Below, in pieces: positions 14,345 to 26,575 of a stretch of 64,000 nt of DNA. Origin of the DNA: an uncultured Alphaproteobacteria bacterium. GTDB lineage: Bacteria; Pseudomonadota; Alphaproteobacteria; Rhizobiales; Xanthobacteraceae. Made by a program: the position numbers and the translations under genes. A model generated the notes under the pieces. It saw only the letters and a list, made by a program, of their open reading frames with translations. It was not told the origin of the DNA and ran no database searches. The stretch spans positions 368,069 to 432,068 of the forward strand of contig CAWDUB010000008.1 of assembly GCA_963805375.1 (NCBI GenBank). The letters run 5' to 3'. Numbering within the stretch: position 1 is the first letter of the stretch; each line of letters opens with the position of its first letter.

Positions 14345-16911
14345 CCGCCGCAACGATCGCGGCGGCGCGCAACGGCCATTGGCTCCCGTTGCGCTTTGCC
14401 TTACGCGAAATGCGCGGCGGCCTGCGCGGCTTTTATGTCTTCATCGCCTGCATCGCGCTGGGCGCCATGTCGATTGCCGGCGTCGGCTCGCTGGCATCCA
14501 GTCTCGCCGACGGGTTGGCGCGCCAGGGCCGGGTCATTCTCGGCGGTGATCTTGCATTTACGCTGGTGCAGCGCGAGGCGACGGCGGACGAGAGGGCGTT
14601 TCTCGAACGCAACGGCAAAGTGTCGAGCGCCGCCACGATGCGCGCCATGGCGCGCACCGCCGACGGCCACGCCACGCTGGTGGAAATCAAAGCGGTCGAT
14701 AGCGCCTATCCGTTGTTCGGTCACGCCGTTCTCGATCCGCCCATCGCGTTGAGCGACGCGCTGGTAAAACGCGGCGACGTCTTCGGCGCGGCCGCCGATC
14801 CGCTGCTGCTGACGCGGCTTGGAATCAAACCCGGCACGCGGCTCACCGTCGGCGGCGCCACAATCGAAATCCGCGCCGCGCTGACCAGTGAACCGGACAA
14901 GCTCGCCGGCGGCATCGGCTTCGGGCCGCGACTTATGCTCAGCCAGGATGCGCTCGCCGCCACCGGCCTGGTGCAGCCGGGCAGTCTGGTGCACTGGCAT
15001 TATCGCGTGCGCCTGCCGGCCAACAACAGCAGCGATGCCGCCGCCAAACAGGTCGCCGCGCAAGCGCGCGTACAATTTCCCGAAGCCGGCTGGGACATCC
15101 GCAGCCGCAGCAACGCCACGCCGCGGCTCGAGCGCGACGTCGAGCGCTTCACCCAATTCCTCACCATCGTCGGCTTGACCGCCTTGCTGGTCGGCGGCGT
15201 CGGCGTCGGCAACGCGGTGAAAAGCCATCTCGACCGCCGCCGCGAAGTGATCGCCACCATGAAGGCGCTCGGCGCCAGCGGCGCGCGCGTCTTTGCGATT
15301 TTTCTGACGCAAGTTCTGCTGCTGGCATTTGTCGGCGGCGTCATCGGCATGGCCCTCGGCGCCGTGCTGCCGTTCCTCACCGCCTGGGCATTCGCCGCCA
15401 TCATCCCTTTGCCGATCGCGCCCTCGGTGCAACCGGGCGCGCTGCTGCTGTCGCTCGTCTATGCTTTGTTGACGGCGCTCGCCTTCGCGCTCTGGCCGCT
15501 CGGGCGCGCGCATGATGTGCCCGTCGGGGCGCTATTCCGCGACGCGGTGGCGCCGCAGCCGCGCTGGCCGCGCAAGGTCTATATCGCGCTCACGGTGATC
15601 GCCGCGGCGGCGCTGACCGCCTTGGCGGTGGTCACGGCCTATGACCGCCGTGTCGCGCTCATCTATGTCGCCACTGCCGCCGCGGTATTCGTCTTGTTGC
15701 GATTGGTCGCCGCGTTGCTGATGTTCCTGGCGGCGCGGGCGCCGCGGGCACGTTCGACGGCGCTGCGTATGGCGGTCGCCAATATCCACCGGCCGAGCGC
15801 GCTGACGCCGACGGTCGTGCTCTCGCTCGGTTTAGGGATTGCCCTGCTGGTGACGGTGATCGAGATCGACGGCAATCTGCGGCAACAATTCTCCAACGAA
15901 CTGCCGGCCAAGGCGCCGTCGTTTTACTTCCTCGATATTCCGTCGGCTGAGGCGCAGCGCTTCGACGCCTTCGTGCGCGAGAAGGCGCCGGCGGCCAAGC
16001 TCGAGGAAGTGCCGATGCTGCGCGGACGCATCGTTTCCGCCAACGGAATTCCGGCCGAGCAACTCAAGCCGAAGGACAACGCCGCTTGGGTGCTGCAGAG
16101 CGACCGCGGCATCACTTATTCCGGCAAGGTACCGGAAGGCTCGCGCCTCGTCGAAGGCCAGTGGTGGGGCCCCGACTATCAGGGGCCGCCGCTGATCTCG
16201 TTCGAGAAGAAAATCGCCGACGGCCTCGGCTTGAAAATCGGCGACCCGGTCACCGTCAACGTGCTCGGCCGCAACATCACCGCGCCCATCGCCAATATGC
16301 GCACCGTCGATTGGCAAAGCCTGGCCATCAATTTCGTCATGGTCTATTCGCCGCACGCCTTCGACGGCGCGCCGCACACGCATCTTGCCACCCTCACCTA
16401 TCCCGATGGCGGCACGCCGGCGCAGGAAGGCGCCATCATCCGCGCCATTTCCGAAAATTTCCCCATGGTCACCGCGGTGCGCGTAAAGGATGCGCTCGAC
16501 GCCATCGGCGCCATCGTCACCAATCTGGTGCTGGCGATCCGTGGCGCCAGCGCCGTCACTTTGCTGGCGGCGGCGCTGGTGCTGGGCGGCGCGTTGGCCG
16601 CAGGACACCGCTACCGCGTCTATGACGCGGTGATCCTCAAAACGCTCGGCGCCACGCGCATGCGCCTGATCGGCGCCTACGCGATCGAGTACCTGCTGCT
16701 CGGCACCGCAACCGCGGTGTTCGGCGTGCTCAGCGGTTCGCTCGCCGCCTGGCTGATCGTCACCGAGCTGATGCACCTTCGCTTTGCCTGGCTGCCTTTG
16801 CCAGCGCTGGCCGCGACGATCGGGGCCGTCGCGGTAACCGTAGGACTTGGTCTCGTCGGCACCTACGGCGCCCTCGGCCAGAAACCGGCTCCTATATTGA
16901 GGAATCTGTAG
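14341..16911 (+). CDS. ABC transporter permease (YbbP/FtsX-like)
   Basis: 856 aa, duplicated FtsX-like TM modules, ATGA overlap with ATPase gene. Confidence 0.88.
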   Translation: MTAATIAAARNGHWLPLRFALREMRGGLRGFYVFIACIALGAMSIAGVGSLASSLADGLARQGRVILGGDLAFTLVQREATADERAFLERNGKVSSAATMRAMARTADGHATLVEIKAVDSAYPLFGHAVLDPPIALSDALVKRGDVFGAAADPLLLTRLGIKPGTRLTVGGATIEIRAALTSEPDKLAGGIGFGPRLMLSQDALAATGLVQPGSLVHWHYRVRLPANNSSDAAAKQVAAQARVQFPEAGWDIRSRSNATPRLERDVERFTQFLTIVGLTALLVGGVGVGNAVKSHLDRRREVIATMKALGASGARVFAIFLTQVLLLAFVGGVIGMALGAVLPFLTAWAFAAIIPLPIAPSVQPGALLLSLVYALLTALAFALWPLGRAHDVPVGALFRDAVAPQPRWPRKVYIALTVIAAAALTALAVVTAYDRRVALIYVATAAAVFVLLRLVAALLMFLAARAPRARSTALRMAVANIHRPSALTPTVVLSLGLGIALLVTVIEIDGNLRQQFSNELPAKAPSFYFLDIPSAEAQRFDAFVREKAPAAKLEEVPMLRGRIVSANGIPAEQLKPKDNAAWVLQSDRGITYSGKVPEGSRLVEGQWWGPDYQGPPLISFEKKIADGLGLKIGDPVTVNVLGRNITAPIANMRTVDWQSLAINFVMVYSPHAFDGAPHTHLATLTYPDGGTPAQEGAIIRAISENFPMVTAVRVKDALDAIGAIVTNLVLAIRGASAVTLLAAALVLGGALAAGHRYRVYDAVILKTLGATRMRLIGAYAIEYLLLGTATAVFGVLSGSLAAWLIVTELMHLRFAWLPLPALAATIGAVAVTVGLGLVGTYGALGQKPAPILRNL

Positions 16912-17143
16912 AATTCGCGACAAACCGCCGCGTGAGCGTCACCCCCCTGATCCGGCCATTGGTTTTGGGCTATAGTGCCGCCACTTGAACGTTAACGATC
17001 CGCAATGCGGCAGGGTCATCAAGGGGCCATATCTGGCGCCCACACTTGTCCATAACTAAATATGCGGGACATGAGCGCGACCGCTGCCGCCGGCGCGCAT
17101 GACGCGACCGGCCACAAGCCGGCGCACAAGAGAGGGAACTTCG

Positions 17144-17914
17144 ATGTCGGACTTCGACCGTAACATTGCTGCCCGTCGGGGCTTCGGCGCCGATCAGGCG
17201 GCCGCGATCGACGTAGGCCTGCGCGCCTACATGATCCGGGTCTACAACTACATGGCCTCCGGCGTCGCGCTCACCGGCGTCGTTCTTGGCTGAGCTATCA
17301 AGCGTCAGGCGGTGAGTGACCGACGTCGTCGGTAACAAGATCACCGGACTGACCGCCTATCGGGCGGACGATGGTCGGCGGCGCGGGGACGATCGTTCTG
17401 TTCATCGTCACAATCGGTCTGGTGTTCTTCATGAGCTTCACGTATTAACCGCCTGCAGGTGAGCACTGCGCTGGGCGTGTTCCTGCTCTATGCCGGATTG
17501 CTCGGAGTGATGCTGACGATCGTTTTCATCGCCTATACCGGCGCCTCGATCACTCGCACCTTCTTCATCTCCGCGGCGTCGTTCGGAGCGCTTAGCCTCT
17601 ACGGCTACACCACGCAGCGCGATCTCTCGCCGATCGGCTCGTTCCTGATGATGGGCCTGTTCGGGCTGATCCTGGCGATGATCGTGAACATCTTCCTCAA
17701 GAGCACGGGGCTTGAGTTCGCCATCTCCGTCATCGGCGTGCTGATCTTCGCCGGGCTGACCGCCTGGGATACCCAGAAGATCAAGGAGATGTACGACGTC
17801 AACGACGACGGCACCGTCTCCGGCCGCAAGGCGGTGATGGGCGCGCTGAGGCTCTATCTCGACTTCATCAACCTGTTCCTGTTCCTGCTGCGCTTTATGG
17901 GCGACCGCCGATAA
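17144..17914 (+). CDS. Bax inhibitor-1/YccA family protein; several indels at ~17285-17460
   Basis: MSDFDRN..IDVGLRAYMIRVYNYMA N-terminus; C-terminal LTAWDTQKIK and LYLDFINLF in ORF 17459..17914. Confidence 0.85.
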
Positions 17915-17933
17915 GCCACGGATACGGGATTGC

Positions 17934-17972
17934 AATGCAACGCCCCGGCCAGTGCCGGGGCGTTTTGCATTT
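17934..17972 (+). terminator. Intrinsic terminator after the YccA gene
   Basis: aacgccccggc-cagt-gccggggcgtt followed by T-rich tract. Confidence 0.7.
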
Positions 17973-17975
17973 CTG

Positions 17976-18086
17976 GTTATTGCCGGGCTTGACCCGGCAA
18001 TCCATGATGCGGTGCCCCACGGCGCGGCTGTAATATTCGTCGCGTGGTGATTCATCATGGATGCGCGGGTCAAGCCCGCGCATGAC
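17976..18086. repeat. Family B REP-like double hairpin
   Basis: gttattgccgggcttgacccggcaatccatgatg ... catcatggatgcgcgggtcaagcccgcgcatgac. Confidence 0.88.
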
Positions 18087-18096
18087 TGGTATTGGA

Positions 18097-18669
18097 ATGC
18101 CTGCCGTTTCCATCCGCCCCGCGGCCCTCACCGACATCCCCGCGATCACACGCATCTATGCGCATGCTGTCGAACACGGGACGGCCTCGTTCGAGATGTC
18201 GCCGCCTGACGACGTCGAAATGACGGCGCGGATGCAGTATTTGCTCAGCGGAAATTTTCCGTATCTGGCCGCCGAGGTCGAGGGAAAGATCGCGGGCTAC
18301 GCCTATGCCGCGCTCTACCGTACGCGGCCGGCTTACCGGTTCACGGTGGAGGATTCGGTTTACGTCGCCCCGGAAATGCACGGCCGCGGCATCGGCCGCG
18401 CGTTGCTCAGCGCCTTGATCGAGGCGAGCACCGCGCGCGGCTTCCGGCAGATGATCGCGATCATCGGCGATTCCAGCCAGACAGCGTCGATCGCGTTGCA
18501 CGCCGCGCTCGGCTTTGCCCCGATCGGCACATTCCCCAACATCGGCTTCAAGTTTGGGCGCTGGCTCGACACCGTGCTGATGCAGCGTCCCTTAGGACCC
18601 GGCAGCACGACGACGCCGCAAGACACCGGGATCCGGCCGCGCGGCACGGCGGCCGACAATCTGCATTGA
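18097..18669 (+). CDS. GNAT acetyltransferase (phosphinothricin acetyltransferase/YncA-like)
   Basis: IYAHAVEHGTASFE, AYRFTVEDSVYV, GFKFGRWLD. Confidence 0.88.
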   Translation: MPAVSIRPAALTDIPAITRIYAHAVEHGTASFEMSPPDDVEMTARMQYLLSGNFPYLAAEVEGKIAGYAYAALYRTRPAYRFTVEDSVYVAPEMHGRGIGRALLSALIEASTARGFRQMIAIIGDSSQTASIALHAALGFAPIGTFPNIGFKFGRWLDTVLMQRPLGPGSTTTPQDTGIRPRGTAADNLH

Positions 18670-18671
18670 CG

Positions 18672-19049
18672 TCAGTTCGCCACTAACGCCAGCGGTTCAA
18701 TCGCGCGCAACACGCGGTCGAGCTCATGGCCGCGGCGCACGATCAAGCCGGTCGCCGAAATCACGCTGAAGGCGCCCTGCCGGCGCGTCAGCTTGGGATG
18801 TTTTTCGATGCGGTAGATGGGGACTTCCGAGGAGCGGCGGAACACCGAGAACACCGCGCGGTCTTTGAGGAAGTCGATGGCGTAATCGCGCCACTCACCG
18901 GCGGCGACTTTGCGGCCATAGAGATCAAGGATGCGATTAAGCTCGCGGCGGCTGAAGGTGACTTGACTGGCGGGGGCGGGGTTGCGTCGCGCCGGGGTTC
19001 CGCCCCCGGGGGACTGGCTGGGATCGACTTCGCCGGAACCGAACGTCAT
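18672..19049 (-). CDS. DUF2794 family protein
   Basis: FSRRELNRILDLYGRKVAAGEWRDYAID, GHELDRVL. Confidence 0.8.
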   Translation of the reverse strand: MTFGSGEVDPSQSPGGGTPARRNPAPASQVTFSRRELNRILDLYGRKVAAGEWRDYAIDFLKDRAVFSVFRRSSEVPIYRIEKHPKLTRRQGAFSVISATGLIVRRGHELDRVLRAIEPLALVAN

Positions 19050-19244
19050 GCGGCGCCTCCTTTTGTCTATGGCGCATGATCGCGCCGGGAGTGGGTGACG
19101 GCAAGACCTTCCTCCGCGCAAGATCGGTCGAGAAACGTGCAAAAACGCCGCACTTCCGATCACGAACTCGTCAATTGAACCATAATAACGCCCAATTTCC
19201 GTCAATCGCCGGACATGCTGGGCGACGATATTGCTAGCGTTGCC

Positions 19245-19386
19245 TCAAAGGCCCGGTCCGGTGCGAGCTCCGGATTCCTCAGCCCCCCAGCCCCCCGGGG
19301 CTCAGCCGGCCGGGTCAGTTTGAGTTCCGCGTACGGTTCAATCCCCTAAGCCTTCGGGCCGGTTTATCGCCGGCCCGATTTTTTTG
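19245..19386 (+). ncRNA. Candidate small RNA with C-rich loops and terminator
   Basis: Non-coding structured stretch with ccccccagcccccc, ending tcgggccgg-tttatcg-ccggcccga then a T run. Confidence 0.45.
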
Positions 19387-19398
19387 TGCTGCTTCTCC

Positions 19399-19502
19399 GT
19401 CATTCCGCGGCGTGCGCGAAAGCGCGTGAGCCCGGAATCCAAAACCCCAGCGCTGCGGCGTATGGATTCCGGGTTCGCGCCTACGGCGCGCCCCGGAATG
19501 AC
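19399..19502. repeat. Family B REP-like double hairpin
   Basis: gtcattccg...cccggaatcca ... tggattccggg...cggaatgac. Confidence 0.88.
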
Positions 19503-19513
19503 AAATGGAAAAT

Positions 19514-20272
19514 TCAGTGCAGGCTGGCGGTGGCGGCGCCGAGGATCAGCCCAGGCTTGGCGGCACCGCCGCTCTGCACGACGACGTCGAGGCGATCGAC
19601 ATCGTGCAGTGAGAAGTCCGCGTCGGCGATCTCGGCCACCGGCAGACTGAAGGTCTTTGGCGCGCCGTTCCACTCGCCGAGCTTGACCCAGCGGCGCACC
19701 ACATTGCTGTAGGTCAGTTCGCGTCCGCCGTTCTCGCCGCGCCCGATCTTGACCTGCGCCTTGGCGGTGATCGGGCACAGCCAGACCTCGGCGCTGCGCT
19801 GCCCGCCTTCACCGGCGGGCACGTTCACCGTCACTTTCCCGTCAGCAACTTTCATCGTCACCGGCAAAGTCAGCGGCGCCGCGCTTCGCCGCGTCTGCGC
19901 AATCGCGTTTTCGATCGCCGTCTTGTCGCTGCCGAGAACGTGAACAATGCCGTTGACCACGACTTGCGGCGTATAGACCTCGCGGTCGCCGCGCGCGGCG
20001 GCGTAAGCGCGCTCGCGGTCGGAATGGCCGTGCAGCGCCAGCGTGTCCTTCCAGCCGAGATAGTCCCAATAGTCGACCGGCAGGCTCATGGTGATGAGCG
20101 AGGAATCCTGCGCCAGCTCGGCCAGCAATTTGTCGGCCGGTGGACAGGACGAACAGCCTTGGCTGGTGAACAGTTCGATGACGGCGCGCGGCTCGCCGGC
20201 CGAAAGCGGCGAAAGCGATGCTAGCGAAGCGCCAATGAATGCGGCCGCAAAGGTGATGTGGCGATAGCGCAT
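19514..20272 (-). CDS. DUF1223 family secreted thioredoxin-like protein
   Basis: Signal peptide; ELFTSQGCSSCPPAD, VDYWDYLGWKD, YTPQ. Confidence 0.88.
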   Translation of the reverse strand: MRYRHITFAAAFIGASLASLSPLSAGEPRAVIELFTSQGCSSCPPADKLLAELAQDSSLITMSLPVDYWDYLGWKDTLALHGHSDRERAYAAARGDREVYTPQVVVNGIVHVLGSDKTAIENAIAQTRRSAAPLTLPVTMKVADGKVTVNVPAGEGGQRSAEVWLCPITAKAQVKIGRGENGGRELTYSNVVRRWVKLGEWNGAPKTFSLPVAEIADADFSLHDVDRLDVVVQSGGAAKPGLILGAATASLH

Positions 20273-20377
20273 GTCGTTCCCACAATGCCCTGCCCGATGA
20301 GGCCGCTTATAAAGCGCCGCACCGATCACCCGCCACTCACTTCACAGTGAGCCGCGGGGCTGCCGCCCAACCCTCAT

Positions 20378-23083
<2,706 letters not shown>

Positions 23084-23342
23084 GTCAGCTGTTCCATTCC
23101 CGGCGGGGAGTTTGGCGTAGAGTGTCGTAAAGGCTTGAAAAGACAAGTCTTCTTGAGCAGCACGGGCCGGCGCCCGAAATCCCTTACGCCGCCGCGCTAC
23201 TGCGGGCTTATAAGGTCTTTTCGAGGCGGATGCCACTTCTACGAGGAATGCCAGCTAAGATGCGGAGAAATTCAGGGTTTTTCGCGCCCGCTGGGGCCGA
23301 CCGAGGCGCTTGGTGGCCCCGCTTTCGGGCGCGGCCGGCCTG

Positions 23343-23948
23343 ATGCAGCTCGCAGCCGACAATTTGGCCTGTGTGCGCGGCGGGCGGGAGGTCTTCTCCG
23401 GCCTTAGTTTCAGTTTGCAGGGCGGCGAGGCCCTTATGGTCACCGGACGCAACGGCGCCGGCAAATCCTCCCTGTTGCGCATCATCGCCGGGCTGCTGCG
23501 GCGCTCGGCCGGGCGGCTTGAGCTTGCCGGTGGCGAGGCTGAAGCGAGCATCGGCGAGCAGGCCCATTACCTCGGTCACCAGGACGCCCTGAAGCCGTCG
23601 CTGACGGTCGCCGAGAACTTGGATTTTTGGACCGCATTTCTCGGTGGCGACCGGCCGCTGGTTGGGCAGGCGCTGGCGGCGGTCGAACTTTCGCCGCTTG
23701 CCGATCTGCCGGCCGCCTATCTTTCCGCCGGGCAGCGGCGGCGGCTGTCGATTGCCCGCCTGGTCGCGGTGAAGCGCGCGCTCTGGCTGCTCGACGAGCC
23801 GACCTCGGCGCTCGATGCGCCGTCGCAAAGCCGCTTTGCCGGATTGATGCGCGACCACCTGGCCGGCGGCGGCATCATCGTCGCCGCGGCGCATGGGCCG
23901 ATCGGGCTCGAGCGCGCGCGCGAATTGAAACTGGGGCCGGTGGAATGA
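23343..23948 (+). CDS. ccmA: Heme exporter ATP-binding subunit
   Basis: [21 protein letters not shown]; heads the ccm cluster. Confidence 0.93.
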   Translation: MQLAADNLACVRGGREVFSGLSFSLQGGEALMVTGRNGAGKSSLLRIIAGLLRRSAGRLELAGGEAEASIGEQAHYLGHQDALKPSLTVAENLDFWTAFLGGDRPLVGQALAAVELSPLADLPAAYLSAGQRRRLSIARLVAVKRALWLLDEPTSALDAPSQSRFAGLMRDHLAGGGIIVAAAHGPIGLERARELKLGPVE

Positions 23949-23979
23949 TCGAACGAAAATTGTCCATTCGCCACAGCCT

Positions 23980-24079
23980 GTTCCCCTCCCTCTTGCGGGG
24001 AGGGGTTAGGGGTGGGGGTCGTTTTCTTCGCTCGCAAGCACCCCCCTCCCTGTCCCTCCCCCACAAGGGGGGAGGGAAC
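23980..24079. repeat. Family A palindromic element variant
   Basis: gttcccctccc-tcttgcg-gggagggg..ggtggggg ... cccccctccc..ccctcccc-cacaa-ggggggagggaac. Confidence 0.82.
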
Positions 24080-24149
24080 GCAAGAGTCGAGGCGCGTCGC
24101 TTTTTGTCGAGCGAATGCGCATGAGCGCACTTTTGACATGGAGGCGCGC

Positions 24150-24818
24150 GTGAACGCGCTTTTGGCTCTCATCGTGCGCGACATGCGCATTTCGGTGCGC
24201 GTCGGCGGCGGCGCGCTGATGGGCGCGCTGTTTTTCCTCATCGTGGTGGTGATGACGCCGTTCGCGGTCGGACCCGATCTCAAGCTGCTGGCGTTGATCG
24301 GTCCGGCGATCCTCTGGCTCGGCGCGCTGCTGGCGAGCCTGCTGGCGCTCGACCGTCTGTTCGCCACCGACTATGACGACGGTTCGCTCGATCTGTTGAT
24401 GATGGGTCCGCTGCCGCTCGAACTGGCGGTGGCGGCAAAAGCGGTGGCGCATTGGCTCACCACCGGGTTGCCGCTGGTGGTCATCTCACCGCTGCTCGCG
24501 CTGCTGCTCAACGTCGAACTGCGCGCCATGGGACCGCTGGCACTCACTTTGCTCGCCGGCACGCCGGCGCTCACCTTCATCGGGCTGATCGGCGCGGCGC
24601 TGGCGGTGGCATTGCGGCGCGGCGGCTTGCTGCTCGCCGTCTTGGTGCTGCCGCTGACCATTCCGGTTTTGATATTCGGCGTCGCCGCCGCCAATGCGGC
24701 GATCACGGGACAGCAGCCGTTTGGTCCCCCTTTCACCATCCTTTGCGCGCTATCTCTGGCGAGCTTGGTGCTCGGCCCCTTCGCCGCCGCCGCGGCGCTA
24801 CGCCACGGACTGGAGTGA
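24150..24818 (+). CDS. ccmB: Heme exporter permease
   Basis: GTG start MNALLALIVRD; DRLFATDYDDGSLD, LPLTIPVLIFG. Confidence 0.93.
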   Translation: MNALLALIVRDMRISVRVGGGALMGALFFLIVVVMTPFAVGPDLKLLALIGPAILWLGALLASLLALDRLFATDYDDGSLDLLMMGPLPLELAVAAKAVAHWLTTGLPLVVISPLLALLLNVELRAMGPLALTLLAGTPALTFIGLIGAALAVALRRGGLLLAVLVLPLTIPVLIFGVAAANAAITGQQPFGPPFTILCALSLASLVLGPFAAAAALRHGLE

Positions 24819-24858
24819 TCGCATTGCCCAACATCGTGCACGCGACTAGATAACTGCC

Positions 24859-25599
24859 ATGGCTGTCATCGACCTCGCCAACCCGACGCGGTTTCTGCGC
24901 ATCGTCGAGCGCGTGCTGCCGTGGTTGATTGCGGCGACGGTGATCGCCTTCGCCGTCGGTCTTGTGCGCACGGTCAATGCGCCGGACGACTATCAGCAGG
25001 GCGCCACCGTCAAGATCATGTTCCTGCACGTGCCGGCGGCCTGGCTCGGCATGATGGGCTGGGGGCTGATGAGTCTCGCCGCGCTCGGCACTTTGGTGTG
25101 GCGGCACCCGCTGGCCGACGTGGCCGGCAAGGCTGCGGCACCCATCGGCGCCGCCTTCACTTTCATCTGTCTGGTCACCGGCTCGCTGTGGGGCCGGCCG
25201 ACCTGGGGCACTTACTGGGTGTGGGACGCGCGGCTGACTTCGATGCTGGTGCTGCTGTTGCTTTATCTCGGAGTGATGGCGCTTTACTGGACCGCCGAGG
25301 ATCCCGGCCGCGGCTCGCGCGCTGCGGCGGTGCTGACGCTGGTCGGCGCGGTCAACCTGCCGATCATCAAATTCTCGGTCGACTGGTGGAACACGCTGCA
25401 TCAAGGCGAGTCGATTTTCCGCGCCGGCGGCTCGACCATCGACCCGTCGATCCTGTGGCCGCTGGCGGTCATGGCGCTGGCCTTCACGCTGCTGTTCTTC
25501 ACCTTGCATCTCGCCGTCATGCGCAACGAGATATTGCGGCGGCGCGTGCGCACGATGCGGATGATGCAGGCGCAAGAACTGGCGGAGGTTGCGTCATGA
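24859..25599 (+). CDS. ccmC: Heme exporter protein C
   Basis: HVPAAW, WGRPTWGTYWVWDARLTS (WWD motif), WWNTLHQ. Confidence 0.97.
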   Translation: MAVIDLANPTRFLRIVERVLPWLIAATVIAFAVGLVRTVNAPDDYQQGATVKIMFLHVPAAWLGMMGWGLMSLAALGTLVWRHPLADVAGKAAAPIGAAFTFICLVTGSLWGRPTWGTYWVWDARLTSMLVLLLLYLGVMALYWTAEDPGRGSRAAAVLTLVGAVNLPIIKFSVDWWNTLHQGESIFRAGGSTIDPSILWPLAVMALAFTLLFFTLHLAVMRNEILRRRVRTMRMMQAQELAEVAS

Positions 25600-25775
25600 A
25601 TTTGGGACCGCACGCCGATTTCATCGTTGCCGCCTACGCGATCACCGTCTTCGTGGTCGCGGCGCTGACGGCCTGGGTCATTCTCGATTATCTGGCGCAG
25701 CGGCGCATCCTCGGCGATCTCGAGGAACGCGGCGTCACGCGCCGCTCGCAACGCGCGGGTGGTGACCGATCATGA
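25596..25775 (+). CDS. ccmD: Heme exporter protein D
   Basis: MNLGPHADFIVAAY, single TM then basic tail; ATGA overlaps on both sides. Confidence 0.9.
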   Translation: MNLGPHADFIVAAYAITVFVVAALTAWVILDYLAQRRILGDLEERGVTRRSQRAGGDRS

Positions 25776-26362
25776 GCACGGCTTCCACCGAAACGCCGGG
25801 CAAGGCGCGGCGCACAATCCTGGTGCTGTTGCCGCTGGTGGTCTTTCTGGCGCTGGCGGCTTTGTTCCTTTACCGCCTCGGCAGCGGCGATCCCTCGCGC
25901 ATTCCCTCCGCGCTGATCGGGCATCCGATCCCGCCAACCGACTTGCCGCCGGTGCCCGAGCTTACGCGCGACGGCAAGCCGGTGCCGGGTTTAACCGACG
26001 CGACCTTCAAGGACGCGGTGACGCTGGTGAATGTCTGGGCCTCGTGGTGCGTGCCCTGTCACGACGAGGTGCCGTTCCTCGAAGCGCTGGGCAAGGACAG
26101 GCGCATCCAACTCGTCGGCATCAACTATAAGGACGCGCCCGACAATGCACGGCGCTTCCTCAACCGCTATGGCAATCCGTTTATCGCCACCGGCCGCGAC
26201 GGCAACGGCCGCACCGCGATCGACTGGGGCGTCTATGGCGTGCCGGAGACGTTCCTGGTCGGCCGCGACGGCCGCATCGCCTACAAGCTGGTGGGGCCGA
26301 TCACCGCGGCCAACCTCAAGGGCGTGGTGCTGCCGGAAATCGAAAAGGCGCTGGGGCGGTGA
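25772..26362 (+). CDS. ccmG: Thiol:disulfide interchange protein DsbE/CcmG
   Basis: NVWASWCVPC, GINYKD, GVYGVPETF. Confidence 0.95.
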   Translation: MSTASTETPGKARRTILVLLPLVVFLALAALFLYRLGSGDPSRIPSALIGHPIPPTDLPPVPELTRDGKPVPGLTDATFKDAVTLVNVWASWCVPCHDEVPFLEALGKDRRIQLVGINYKDAPDNARRFLNRYGNPFIATGRDGNGRTAIDWGVYGVPETFLVGRDGRIAYKLVGPITAANLKGVVLPEIEKALGR

Positions 26363-26366
26363 CCTC

Positions 26367-26529
26367 TTTCACCTCTCCCCGTACGCGGGGAGAGGCCGAC
26401 CCGCCGAGCGCAGCGAGTGCGGGTCGGGTGAGGGGGCGTTGCGGTTATCCTGAGCGCCTAGAAAGCCCCCTCACCCGTCTCGCCGCTACGCGGCTCGCCA
26501 CCCTCCCCCCGCAAGCGGGGAGAGGGAAA
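26367..26529. repeat. Family A double-hairpin element
   Basis: tttcacctctccccg-tacg-cggggagagg..gggtgaggggg ... ccccctcaccc..ccctcccccc-gcaagc-ggggagagggaaa. Confidence 0.88.
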
Positions 26530-26575
26530 AAGCTCGTAACCAATCTTTAGACACGGCGCTCTATACCAGGGCGTC

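Noticed and set aside
17285-17460. YccA/BI-1 gene inactivation
   Set aside because: Several indels are packed into ~170 nt with intact flanks, consistent with a locally poor consensus. This cannot be resolved without reads.
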